Of a stretch of DNA of 64,000 nt, positions 8,826 through 17,890 are shown piece after piece. Position 1 is the stretch's first letter. The number at the start of each line of letters is the position of its first letter. The DNA lies in assembly GCA_009780065.1 (NCBI GenBank), contig WRAS01000004.1, forward strand, positions 4,062 to 68,061, given 5' to 3'. The notes under the pieces are model-generated. The model saw only the letters and a program-made list of their open reading frames with translations, was not told the DNA's origin and did no database searches. This stretch comes from Bacillota bacterium (GTDB taxonomy: Bacteria > Bacillota > Clostridia > Christensenellales > UBA1242). The translations under genes were made by a program, and so were the position numbers.

Positions 8826-10433
8826 ATGAATAAAACAGATATAGAAATTGCACAAAGTGTTACACCAAAACACATTTTGGATGTTGCGAAGCAAGCGGGC
8901 ATAGCAAAAGCCGCATTGGAATTGTATGGTAATAACAAGGCTAAGATTGATTTAAGTGTTAGACAAAGAAAGAAGCGGGGGAAGTTGGTGCTGGTTACTG
9001 CTATATCACCGACTCCTGCGGGTGAGGGTAAAACAACGACCTCGATTGGATTAGGAGATGGTCTTGGACAAATTGGTAAAAGGGTGGTGATTGCATTGCG
9101 TGAGCCGTCCTTGGGTCCGGTTTTTGGTATAAAAGGTGGAGCCACAGGGGGCGGGTATTCTCAGGTGATTCCGATGGAGGATATTAATCTTCATTTTACG
9201 GGAGACTTTCATGCGATTGCTGCGGCGAACAATTTGTTGGCGGCGATGATAGATAATCATATTTTTCAAGGAAATCAATTAAAATTGGATTTGGAAAAAA
9301 TTAAATGGCGTCGATGTGTGGATATGAATGACAGGGCACTTAGAAATATTACAATCGAGACACCGCGGCAAGATGGATTTGATATAACAGCAGCAAGCGA
9401 GATTATGGCAATACTTTGTTTGGCAGAAAATATGTCAGATTTGAAGGCGCGACTTGGGCGTATTATTGTTGGATATAACACAGATGGCGGAGCGGTGCTG
9501 GCATCAGATTTAGGAGCACAAGGCGCGATGGCAACATTGTTAAAGGATGCGATAAAGCCAAATTTGGTACAAACCCTAGAGGGGACACCTACCATTTTGC
9601 ATGGTGGACCTTTTGCAAATATTGCGCACGGGTGTAATTCATTGATTGCAACGAAAATGGCAATGGGATTGGGTGATTTTGTTGTGACAGAGGCGGGATT
9701 TGGTGCGGATTTGGGTGCGGAAAAGTTCTTGAACATTAAATGCAGATCCTCGAAGTTGGTACCAGATGCGGTCGTTATTGTGGCGACTGTTCGTGCATTG
9801 AAGTATCATGGCGAGGGTGAACTTGGGAAAGGTGTGTTAAACTTGGTTCGTCATATTGAAAATGTCCAAAATTTTGGATTGAATGTGGTGGTTGCAATAA
9901 ATAATTTTGTGACGGACACCAAGGACGAAATTCAAACGATACAAAGGCAATGTGAAAAACTTGGGGTAGAGGCAATTTTAAGCAGGGCATGGGAAATGGG
10001 TGGCAAAGGTACGGAGGAGTTGGCAAAAAAGGTTGTGGAACTGTGTTCCAAAAAACCAAGGATAAGATTTACGTATAAAGAAAGTGACAGTATAAAGAAA
10101 AAAATTGAAAGTGTTGCAAAAAAGATTTATCGTGCGAATGGTGTGACTTTGTCGCCGGAAACAAAAGAACAAATTAAGCAGATTGAATCAATGGAGTACG
10201 GGAATCTGCCTATTTGTATTGCGAAAACACAGTATTCGTTCTCGGATAATCCAAAGGTATTGGGTGCGGCAGAGAATTTCGATATAAATGTCAGCGGGGT
10301 TAGGTTATGTGCGGGGGCTGGATTTGTTGTTGTGTTGACGGGAAATGTTATGACTATGCCGGGTCTTCCAAAGATACCAGCAGCGGAAAAAATTGACATT
10401 GATGAAAATGGTAAGATAAAGGGATTATTTTAA
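8826..10433 (+). CDS. fhs: Formate--tetrahydrofolate ligase
   Basis: [16 protein letters not shown]-loop. Overall FTHFS-like sequence. Confidence 0.95.
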   Translation: MNKTDIEIAQSVTPKHILDVAKQAGIAKAALELYGNNKAKIDLSVRQRKKRGKLVLVTAISPTPAGEGKTTTSIGLGDGLGQIGKRVVIALREPSLGPVFGIKGGATGGGYSQVIPMEDINLHFTGDFHAIAAANNLLAAMIDNHIFQGNQLKLDLEKIKWRRCVDMNDRALRNITIETPRQDGFDITAASEIMAILCLAENMSDLKARLGRIIVGYNTDGGAVLASDLGAQGAMATLLKDAIKPNLVQTLEGTPTILHGGPFANIAHGCNSLIATKMAMGLGDFVVTEAGFGADLGAEKFLNIKCRSSKLVPDAVVIVATVRALKYHGEGELGKGVLNLVRHIENVQNFGLNVVVAINNFVTDTKDEIQTIQRQCEKLGVEAILSRAWEMGGKGTEELAKKVVELCSKKPRIRFTYKESDSIKKKIESVAKKIYRANGVTLSPETKEQIKQIESMEYGNLPICIAKTQYSFSDNPKVLGAAENFDINVSGVRLCAGAGFVVVLTGNVMTMPGLPKIPAAEKIDIDENGKIKGLF

Positions 10434-10434
10434 A

Positions 10435-11277
10435 ATGGCAAAAGTTATATGCGGGAAGACACTGGCGCAACGGGTTCGCGAAGGTTTGAAAGTTGAGGCA
10501 AGAGAATTTGAAAAGGCAAACAAACGCCGTGTAGGTTTGGCAGTTGTTTTAGTGGGAGAAAACCCGGCATCCCAGGTTTATGTACGGAACAAAGCAAAAG
10601 CGTGCGAAGATGTGGGGATTCGGTCTTTTACACACATATTGGACGAGAATTCAAAAAAGGAAGATGTTATAAAAGTTATAAAAAAGTTGAATCAGGATGC
10701 AAGGGTAGATGGGATATTGGTTCAATTACCGCTGCCGAAACATTTGGACGAGCGTGAAATTCTTGCCTTTGTAAAACCAAAGAAAGATGTGGATGGCTTT
10801 CATACGGAAAATGCGGGGGCGCTGTTGTTGGGGCATGGTACGTTGGTTGCGTGCACACCGCTTGGAATTATAGAGTTAATAAAAGAAACAGGCGAAGATA
10901 TGTGCGGTAAACACGCAGTTGTAATTGGGCGCAGTAATATTGTGGGAAAGCCGGTTGCGCACTTGCTTTTGCAAAATGATTGTACAGTTACTGTGTGCCA
11001 TTCACGAACCAAAGATTTGGCGCATTATACGAAGCAGGCGGATATCTTGGTTGCTGCAATTGGTAAAAAAGAATTTGTGCGTGGTGATATGGTGAAATCA
11101 GGTGCGATTGTTATTGATGTGGGAATTAATCGTGATAGTGATAAATTATATGGCGATGTATGCTTTGACGAGGTAAAAGATGTTGCCTGGTACATTACGC
11201 CTGTGCCGGGTGGGGTGGGGCCAATGACGATTGCAATGTTGTTGTCTAATGTTATTAAGGCAGCACAAAAAAGATGA
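10435..11277 (+). CDS. folD: Bifunctional methylene-THF dehydrogenase / methenyl-THF cyclohydrolase
   Basis: ASQVYVRNK, ILVQLPLP, GRSNIVGKP and PGGVGPMT motifs. Confidence 0.95.
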   Translation: MAKVICGKTLAQRVREGLKVEAREFEKANKRRVGLAVVLVGENPASQVYVRNKAKACEDVGIRSFTHILDENSKKEDVIKVIKKLNQDARVDGILVQLPLPKHLDEREILAFVKPKKDVDGFHTENAGALLLGHGTLVACTPLGIIELIKETGEDMCGKHAVVIGRSNIVGKPVAHLLLQNDCTVTVCHSRTKDLAHYTKQADILVAAIGKKEFVRGDMVKSGAIVIDVGINRDSDKLYGDVCFDEVKDVAWYITPVPGGVGPMTIAMLLSNVIKAAQKR

Positions 11278-11415
11278 GTAAAAATATACTGATATAGTTG
11301 AACCATTACATAAATGGCGAAAATAGGGGTTGCCTTTTTTATAGGGGGTGGTGTACGCTGGATAAGCGTTTATTTTTCCTTGGGCGAAATTATTTAAGAA
11401 AGGAGGTGTGTTGTT

Positions 11416-12798
11416 ATGACCATCAGAGACCTGGATTACCTGAAGCAAGAAATTTCCAAATTTATTGAAGAGAAAGATATAAAAAGTTTAAAGAATCTTC
11501 TTTGTGAACTGGATGATGTGGAAACATTATTCGTAATGAACGAGGTTACTAACCGAGAAAAGGTTATTGTTTTCAGATTGCTTTCAAAAGATAGCGCGCA
11601 TCTTACCTTTGAACAATTGGATACATCAATTCAAAAGGAATTGTTGGAATCTTTTACGGATGAGTATGCAAAAGAAATTGTTGAGGAATTGGCCCCGGAC
11701 GACAGGGTTCAGTTATTCGAGGAGTTACCGCCTAGTGTTGTTTCCAGATTGATTAAGTCGCTTTCAGTGGAAGAGCGCAAGATAACAAATATGCTGATGG
11801 GTTATGAGCCGGAGACCGCGGGACGTATAATGACGCCCGAATTTATTGCGTTGAACAGAGATATGACTGCGGATGAGGCACTTCAGAAAGTAAGAGTACA
11901 GGCCAAAGACAAGGAGACGATTTATACACTTTATGTTACGGGTGATAAGAAGAAATTAGAGGGTGTTGTTTCGTTGAAGATGTTGTTGACCGCAGAGCCG
12001 GAAGAGAAGATTGAAGACATCATGATTGATTCCGTGATTATGGCTTGGACAGATACAGATAGGGAAGAGGCAGCAAAAAAATTAAAGGACTATGACTTGC
12101 TTGCGATTCCAGTTGTAGATCGAGAGGGTTGTATCGTGGGGATAATCACGATCGATGACGCGCTTGACATCCTGGAACAAGAAGCCACCGAAGATATATA
12201 TGATCATGCGGGTCTTGCCGATATAACGGGTAAAGAAACCAACAGAAGTGAAGTTCTTGTTCGTGGAAGTGTGTGGGCGATTTGGAAGGTTAGATTACCA
12301 TTCTTGGTTATTACATTGGTTGCAGGTTTGGCGGCGGGTTTGATTATTGATGGTTTTGAAGAAACATTGGAATACATTGGTGTTGCGGTTGCAATATTTA
12401 TTCCGGTCATTATGGACATGGGTGGTAACGTAGGTACACAGTCCACCACGGTATTCGTGCGTGGTGTTGTTCTTGGGCATATTGAAATGAAAACGTTTTG
12501 GCGTCACTTGCTCAAAGAGGTCTTGGTTGGTGCAAGTATAGGTTTAATTGTTGGGGTAATAACAGGTATAATAGGTGGTGTTTGGCAGGGTATGCCGATG
12601 TTGGGCTTGGCGGTTGGGTTGTCTTTGTTTGTGACTATGACTTTGGCTGCTTTCCTTGGATTCTTGGTACCGTATATACTTATTAAATTAAAAGCGGATC
12701 AAGCAGCAGGTGCAGCACCAATAATTACATCTATAAAAGACATTGTGGGTTTGATAATTTACTTTGTCTTGGTTACTGCTTTTATGGGATTAATGTAA
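11416..12798 (+). CDS. mgtE: Magnesium transporter MgtE
   Basis: MgtE N-domain, tandem CBS domains, and a C-terminal TM domain with MDMGGNVGTQS. SD AAGGAGG upstream. Confidence 0.92.
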   Translation: MTIRDLDYLKQEISKFIEEKDIKSLKNLLCELDDVETLFVMNEVTNREKVIVFRLLSKDSAHLTFEQLDTSIQKELLESFTDEYAKEIVEELAPDDRVQLFEELPPSVVSRLIKSLSVEERKITNMLMGYEPETAGRIMTPEFIALNRDMTADEALQKVRVQAKDKETIYTLYVTGDKKKLEGVVSLKMLLTAEPEEKIEDIMIDSVIMAWTDTDREEAAKKLKDYDLLAIPVVDREGCIVGIITIDDALDILEQEATEDIYDHAGLADITGKETNRSEVLVRGSVWAIWKVRLPFLVITLVAGLAAGLIIDGFEETLEYIGVAVAIFIPVIMDMGGNVGTQSTTVFVRGVVLGHIEMKTFWRHLLKEVLVGASIGLIVGVITGIIGGVWQGMPMLGLAVGLSLFVTMTLAAFLGFLVPYILIKLKADQAAGAAPIITSIKDIVGLIIYFVLVTAFMGLM

Positions 12799-12817
12799 CT
12801 AAGCGAGAAAAATGAAG

Positions 12818-12839
12818 GTGGGGAAACCCGCCTTTTTTC
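12818..12839 (+). terminator. Intrinsic terminator after mgtE
   Basis: GGTGGGG-AAA-CCCGCC followed by TTTTTT. It overlaps the first codons of tracked ORF 12812. Confidence 0.6.
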
Positions 12840-12898
12840 TTGTGTTTTTTGTGATTTTTTGTTATCATAAATGGAATATTAATGAATGGGAGGCTGTT

Positions 12899-13702
12899 TT
12901 GAACGGAGATTATATTTTCTATGGTGTAAGTAATCCTTTGGCGATTGCAATTATTGTTTTGGTAATTGTTGCGATTATCGTAGGGATTTGGAGTATGATT
13001 CTGAGAATCCAAATTTTTTCCAGATACAGAAGGAATAATCGTATAGATGTTGGGCATGGGTTGACCGCACAGCAGGTTGCAAGACAGATGTTGGATAATC
13101 TTGGATATCATGATGTTCAAGTTGTGCGTGCGAGTTACTTTTGGTTTTGGTTCTTTCAAAACTGGGGGAATCGATACAGCCCGCGCCGAAACAAGATTCT
13201 GTTGTACGGAAATATTTTGAACAGTAGTACAGTTACGGCAATTGCACTAGCAACACAAAAAGTGGGTCTTGTAATGCAGCACCGCGCAGGCGAGCCAAAG
13301 ATGGTATTCCGTGCACGATGGGAATTTTGGACGCGGATGGCACCCAATTTGTTTATTCCGATTATTACAATTGGTTTGGTAATTGATCTTGTTGTAAATG
13401 GCGGTGATATTGCAGATGGCGCGTTTGGAATTGTAACGTTGGTTTTCGTGGGTATTGCGATTTTATATACGTTAATTGCAATGGGGGCATTATATATGGT
13501 AATTCCAACGGAACGCAGGGCAGGGCAGTTGGCATTAGAAAAGATTCAACAATATAATTTGGTTCCGTCAGAATTTATCCCAAATATCCAAGAGATGTTT
13601 GCGACCTATGTAAAAGCATTTATTGCGGATTTTGTGCTTGCTATTGTTAACTTATTGATTGATATTTTGTGGTTGGTCGCAAAATTATCAAACAGGAGAT
13701 AA
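12899..13702 (+). CDS. YugP-like (Zn_peptidase_2-like) membrane protein with a degenerate active site
   Basis: GLTAQQVARQMLDNLGYHDVQV...RYSPRRNKILL matches the YugP layout, but ATQKVGLVMQH occupies the expected HExxH position. Start reassigned to the TTG after the GGGAGG SD; the ATG at 12812 sits inside the mgtE terminator. Confidence 0.55.
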   Translation: MNGDYIFYGVSNPLAIAIIVLVIVAIIVGIWSMILRIQIFSRYRRNNRIDVGHGLTAQQVARQMLDNLGYHDVQVVRASYFWFWFFQNWGNRYSPRRNKILLYGNILNSSTVTAIALATQKVGLVMQHRAGEPKMVFRARWEFWTRMAPNLFIPIITIGLVIDLVVNGGDIADGAFGIVTLVFVGIAILYTLIAMGALYMVIPTERRAGQLALEKIQQYNLVPSEFIPNIQEMFATYVKAFIADFVLAIVNLLIDILWLVAKLSNRR

Positions 13703-13704
13703 TT

Positions 13705-14652
13705 ATGTGGCAGGTAATAGACGCAATTGTAGTAGTTTTGCTGTTCGCAATTGTGATATTGGTTTATGAAATTAAGCGACGTCGAGCCAGAATAATGGGA
13801 CACGATGTCTTGCGAGGGCAAGAGATTACCACGTTTGATGCCTTGGTTCATATTTCAATTGGTTTGTTTTTTGCTGTTACTTATCTTGCTTTTAGATACT
13901 TTCACACACCGTGGACATTTTTTGGATTTTTACATGCGTATGGATTGATTGCGACGTTTATAATGCCTTTTGCGCTTGCTTATTTATGCAAGGGTACAAA
14001 GCAAGCCAAATTTGTCGCATGTGTTATGGCGGGGGTTTTATTGTTGTCGCCTTTGACCAGGCCAATAATAATGCCGCAAATGGGTACGCGTAACACAGTT
14101 GCCAGTTGGGAGTATGGAATTCCTTTTAATTTGTGTAATATATCTGCGCTTCTTTTCTTGGCGGCAATTTTGGTAGATAATAAGATGTTTAAAAACTTTA
14201 TGATTACGATGGGTGTTTTTGGTGGAATTATCAATAACACACAAATTCATAATGTGAATAGTGCAAATTATTTTTGGTTTTACCATACTTGGGAATCATA
14301 TTTTGTTCATGCATTGTTGATTATAATCCCATTGTTCATGATATTAACGGGGCAGATTAAGCCATGTGTAAAACATGCGCTTGTGAATATGATTTGGTTG
14401 ATTCCGGTATACTTGCTTGCGGGGTTTGTGTTGAACCCATTGTGGGGTACAAATTTCCACTTTACGAGACCAATAGCGGTCGTAGAGAATATTATTCCGA
14501 GTATGAGTTCGCCGTGGGTTATATTTGATTCGTATGTGGATCCATTGTATATGGGCGGATTGTTTGTTTTGGTAATTATTTCGTGCGTGATACTTTATCT
14601 ATTTAGTGCGGCATTATATAAATGGGTCAGACCAAAGTTTGTCAATGATTGA
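13705..14652 (+). CDS. Multi-pass integral membrane protein, function unknown
   Basis: Start at MWQVID with an AGGAG SD. About 8 hydrophobic segments. Confidence 0.55.
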   Translation: MWQVIDAIVVVLLFAIVILVYEIKRRRARIMGHDVLRGQEITTFDALVHISIGLFFAVTYLAFRYFHTPWTFFGFLHAYGLIATFIMPFALAYLCKGTKQAKFVACVMAGVLLLSPLTRPIIMPQMGTRNTVASWEYGIPFNLCNISALLFLAAILVDNKMFKNFMITMGVFGGIINNTQIHNVNSANYFWFYHTWESYFVHALLIIIPLFMILTGQIKPCVKHALVNMIWLIPVYLLAGFVLNPLWGTNFHFTRPIAVVENIIPSMSSPWVIFDSYVDPLYMGGLFVLVIISCVILYLFSAALYKWVRPKFVND

Positions 14653-14672
14653 GTTTTGATATAAACTGGAGC

Positions 14673-15257
14673 ATGTTTGAATTTGACGTTCCATTATGGC
14701 AGTGGATATTAAGCCAAGTTATTGCAGTAATCAATCTTGGTTTGGTATTTTTTGCGTTTCAGGTGAAAAACAAAACAAGAACATTGTTAATCTTTGCATT
14801 TGTTTTATTTTTGGGCGTATGGATGAATGTGTTGTTGGAAAATTATGTTCCGGCGGGAATGCTTGGTGTAAGTGCATTGCGCAATGTGGCCTATGCATGG
14901 TTGGAAAGAAGACGCGAAGTTTGGAAAAAGGCATCGGTTGTTATTTTGTTTGCCTTTATACTTTTGTCTGCGGGTTCGCTTTATTTTACTTTTACCGGGC
15001 ACTGGTTTGATTTTGTTATTGGTGGTGGAATTATTTTGGTTACATATACATCTTGGGCACGTGGAATACACCGCATTCGGTTTGGGCAAATAATTATGTC
15101 GTGCATCTGGATTGTTAATAGTGTGATGTTCCAGAACTATATCCAAATTATTACAGACATTATAATAATCGGTTCGATAATTCTGTTTTATGTAAGATAT
15201 CTTCGTGCAAAAGAAAAGATAAAAGTTGCGCCACTGGAAATGTGTTGTGGGATGTAA
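14673..15257 (+). CDS. YgjV-family inner membrane protein
   Basis: The MFEFDVPLWQWILSQVIAVINL N-terminus and overall layout resemble YgjV. Paralogous to 23173..23784. Confidence 0.55.
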   Translation: MFEFDVPLWQWILSQVIAVINLGLVFFAFQVKNKTRTLLIFAFVLFLGVWMNVLLENYVPAGMLGVSALRNVAYAWLERRREVWKKASVVILFAFILLSAGSLYFTFTGHWFDFVIGGGIILVTYTSWARGIHRIRFGQIIMSCIWIVNSVMFQNYIQIITDIIIIGSIILFYVRYLRAKEKIKVAPLEMCCGM

Positions 15258-15260
15258 ATT

Positions 15261-15283
15261 AAAAAGCGCATAATGCGCTTTTA
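15261..15283. terminator. Bidirectional intrinsic terminator
   Basis: AAAAAGCGCATAATGCGCTTTT between convergent genes. Confidence 0.7.
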
Positions 15284-15287
15284 TGTT

Positions 15288-15575
15288 TTAAAGTTGTGGC
15301 TCTTGCTCGGGATTTTTTACTAGTTCGGTGCTTTGCGCCATTGATTGTTCAGGGAATTCCTGTGGGGTTGTTTGACCACAGTAGTTGCAGCGCCAAACGG
15401 TGGTTGCGCCGTAATCTTGGTGTTGACTTTGGACACCGAAGCGGAATAACCAACGAAAAATTCGTATAGGCAAGGTAATCAACCAAACCAAAAAACCACG
15501 ACGTTCACGCGTACGTGTGTTGTTTTGCTGGGTTATAAGAATACATGTTCCTTTGTTACATTGTTTGCATTGCAT
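15288..15575 (-). CDS. Small membrane protein with a split Cys4 (Zn-ribbon-like) arrangement
   Basis: CKQC...(TM segment)...CNYC. Start set at MQCKQC. Confidence 0.45.
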   Translation of the reverse strand: MQCKQCNKGTCILITQQNNTRTRERRGFLVWLITLPIRIFRWLFRFGVQSQHQDYGATTVWRCNYCGQTTPQEFPEQSMAQSTELVKNPEQEPQL

Positions 15576-15615
15576 TTTAAAAATCTCCTTTGATTTGTTT
15601 ATTGTATATATCACA

Positions 15616-16656
15616 TTAAATAAATTCTTGCAATTGTTCTTTGTCGTCTTGTTTGTCTGTTTGCTGTTCTGTCTCTCTGAATCTGCGTGTGTCGTACATT
15701 ATATCCAGCAATTTTGCGCGATTATCTCCGGATGCAGCGTGTTTTTGATTTGGATCCCATGTTGTAGACAAATCGTGACCCAGTTCCTTTTCAATCATTG
15801 TAATTGCTTTGCCCTGATAGTTTTGTTTTTCTGAGTTTGAAATTGTAACGGTCTTTTGATGATTAATTGACCCAGACATTTGTTCAGGGGATAGTGACAA
15901 AGGTTGTTGATCAATTCGGCCAATCTTTTGTTCGTCATCTAGTTGGACAGTACGGATAGCGTGAAATTCGTCTCCGATACGTGTATAAATTATCATTGAG
16001 CCCGGTTTCATTTGTCCGATAGATTTATCGCTTTTGTCAATAGCGTAAAATAATGGAAATGCTGGCGAGAATCTTAAGAATTCAATTAGGCGACGTGTTT
16101 CGTTATCGTCAGCATCTTTACCTGTTTGGAAATTATTTTTTATGCTGTTCACGATATAATCGGAATGTTTTTCGATGTATTGTTCACGATTATGTTTAAC
16201 CCGTGAATATAAATCGTGTGCGGTGCGGCCTTTGTCGGTTTTTTTGAATTCTTCGTCGCCGATAAGGTTTTCTAGATATAGTTCGAATCGGACGAATGAT
16301 GGTTCACCATCTTTGTTATTGGTGAAAAAGTCATCTAAGATGCCGATTTCATGTTCTTCGCTGAATTCAACTTCGTGTTTCTTGTCTGACTCTTGACCGA
16401 TATAATTTTGAGAGTCTTGTTCAATTATTTCTGTTATAAGTTCGGGATTGCTTTCGATATCTAGGGCGATTTTTTCAGCATCTTGAATGGATAGTGAATA
16501 AATTTCAATACCATCTTTTATGGCTGTTTTACGTTGTTCGGGTGTTAAATCGCGGACACCAGGTACGCGGATTTTGTCTTTGTATCGAATTAGTGCATCT
16601 TTTATGTATCGAAATCTGGCGACGTCTTGGGTGTATGGATGTTGCTGTTGTGTCAT
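15616..16656 (-). CDS. Hypothetical protein (347 aa), no recognisable motif
   Basis: Long ORF. Start at MTQQQ, placed 5 nt after an extended -10 (TGaTATATT). The upstream part of the tracked ORF is a terminator hairpin. Confidence 0.6.
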   Translation of the reverse strand: MTQQQHPYTQDVARFRYIKDALIRYKDKIRVPGVRDLTPEQRKTAIKDGIEIYSLSIQDAEKIALDIESNPELITEIIEQDSQNYIGQESDKKHEVEFSEEHEIGILDDFFTNNKDGEPSFVRFELYLENLIGDEEFKKTDKGRTAHDLYSRVKHNREQYIEKHSDYIVNSIKNNFQTGKDADDNETRRLIEFLRFSPAFPLFYAIDKSDKSIGQMKPGSMIIYTRIGDEFHAIRTVQLDDEQKIGRIDQQPLSLSPEQMSGSINHQKTVTISNSEKQNYQGKAITMIEKELGHDLSTTWDPNQKHAASGDNRAKLLDIMYDTRRFRETEQQTDKQDDKEQLQEFI

Positions 16657-16669
16657 ATATAAATATATC

Positions 16670-16697
16670 AAAAAAAGTTGGACACGCCAACTTTTTT
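16670..16697 (-). terminator. Intrinsic terminator after the SPFH gene
   Basis: AAAAAAGTTGG-cgtgt-CCAACTTTTTTT on the minus strand. Confidence 0.6.
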
Positions 16698-16718
16698 GTA
16701 ATAATTCCATTTAATGGA

Positions 16719-17825
16719 TTAACCAAGTTTTTCCCCGCACTCGGCACAGAATCGGGAGCCTTTTTTAACCTTGACACTGCATTTTGGACAGGCTTTTTCT
16801 TGGGCTTGTTTTTCGCCGCATTCGCCACAGAATCTGCTGTTAGGTGCGATTTGGGCTTTGCACTTTGAACATGGTTTTGTGCTTGGCGCTGAGGCTTGTG
16901 CGACTGGTGCAGCGGCTGGTGCTTTTGGTTGTGGTGGAGGAGTGGCTTGCAGCCCACTTGCGAGGTTTGCATCTTGCGCCTGGTTCATTGCAAGACCGGC
17001 ACCCATTCCGCCCATCATACCCATTCCCATAAATGCGCCGCCGATTCCTGCCGGGTTGTTTGCCATGTCGCGCATTGCTTGTGCCTGCTGCATTGCGACG
17101 AATGAACCCATTTTGTCTGATAGTACCCCGACACTTGAACGGCTGTCGATTGCACGTTCGACCTCTTCTGGGAAGGAAATATTTTCCACAACGAACAGCG
17201 TTAATTGGAAGCCAACGGAAGCAAACAAAGGCTGTAATGAATCTTGTGCCAGTTTGTTAAAATCAAGAAGTTTGGTGCTAAGGTCGATTGCGTTGTATTT
17301 TGAACTTGCGACCACGTTAGAGATGTTGCTGGTAATAATACTGCGCAGTTTCTCGCGGATATTTGTTACCGAGAATTCGCTCTTTGCGCCAAGAAGACTT
17401 AGAAGAAGCATTTTTGGATCCAAAACGCGGAAGTTATATGTTCCGAATGCGCGAATACGGATTACGCCGAATTCAGGGTCGCGCATTGTGAATGGGTTTG
17501 CTGTTCCCCATTTTTGACCGGTTAATATTGTTGTGTTGATGAAATAAACGTCACAACGGAATGGGTTTTTAAAACCATGGTGCCAGTTCATAAGTGTGGT
17601 CAACACAGGCATGTTTGCGGTTGTAAGTTTATGACGCCCCGGCGCATATATATCTGCCAGTTTTCCGTCTTTGACGAAAATTGCAACCTGTCCCTCGCGT
17701 ACAACTAGGGTAGATCCGTTCATAATCTCGGCACGGTCGTTCATTGGAAATTTGTACGCGATAAGGTCGGAACGCATATCCGTCCATTCAATCAGTTTCA
17801 ATAATTGTCTTGTGATAAATCGCAT
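16719..17825 (-). CDS. SPFH-domain protein with a C-terminal double zinc ribbon (YdjI/COG4260-like)
   Basis: The N-terminal LIEWTD...REGQVAIFVKDGK...FINT pattern matches the YdjI-type SPFH fold. Gly/Met/Ala/Pro-rich linker. CSKC..CGEC and CPKC..CAEC ribbons. Confidence 0.75.
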   Translation of the reverse strand: MRFITRQLLKLIEWTDMRSDLIAYKFPMNDRAEIMNGSTLVVREGQVAIFVKDGKLADIYAPGRHKLTTANMPVLTTLMNWHHGFKNPFRCDVYFINTTILTGQKWGTANPFTMRDPEFGVIRIRAFGTYNFRVLDPKMLLLSLLGAKSEFSVTNIREKLRSIITSNISNVVASSKYNAIDLSTKLLDFNKLAQDSLQPLFASVGFQLTLFVVENISFPEEVERAIDSRSSVGVLSDKMGSFVAMQQAQAMRDMANNPAGIGGAFMGMGMMGGMGAGLAMNQAQDANLASGLQATPPPQPKAPAAAPVAQASAPSTKPCSKCKAQIAPNSRFCGECGEKQAQEKACPKCSVKVKKGSRFCAECGEKLG

Positions 17826-17890
17826 GTTAGAAAATCCTCCTTGAAATATACAAAATTATATGAAAAAAATGGGGAAAAGTAAAGCGAAAC

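Noticed and set aside
11278-11415. Possible M-box (Mg2+) riboswitch upstream of mgtE
   Set aside because: A terminator-like hairpin for folD ends near 11341, leaving only ~75 nt before the ATG. That is too short for a ~160-nt M-box, and I saw no conserved M-box segments. mgtE has a plain AAGGAGG SD.
12812-12898. Tracked ATG start at 12812 for the YugP-like gene
   Set aside because: The first codons coincide with the mgtE terminator hairpin and T-tract (GGTGGGGAAACCCGCCTTTTTT). A TTG at 12899 preceded by GGGAGG is more plausible.
16771-17517. 248-aa plus-strand ORF, and similar long antisense ORFs (e.g. 28150..28872 minus, 50281..50832 plus, 56759..57208 minus, 8708..9145 minus)
   Set aside because: All lie entirely antisense or out of frame within confidently identified genes (SPFH, addB, mscS, pheS/T, fhs) and have low-complexity or odd composition. 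They are shadow ORFs.
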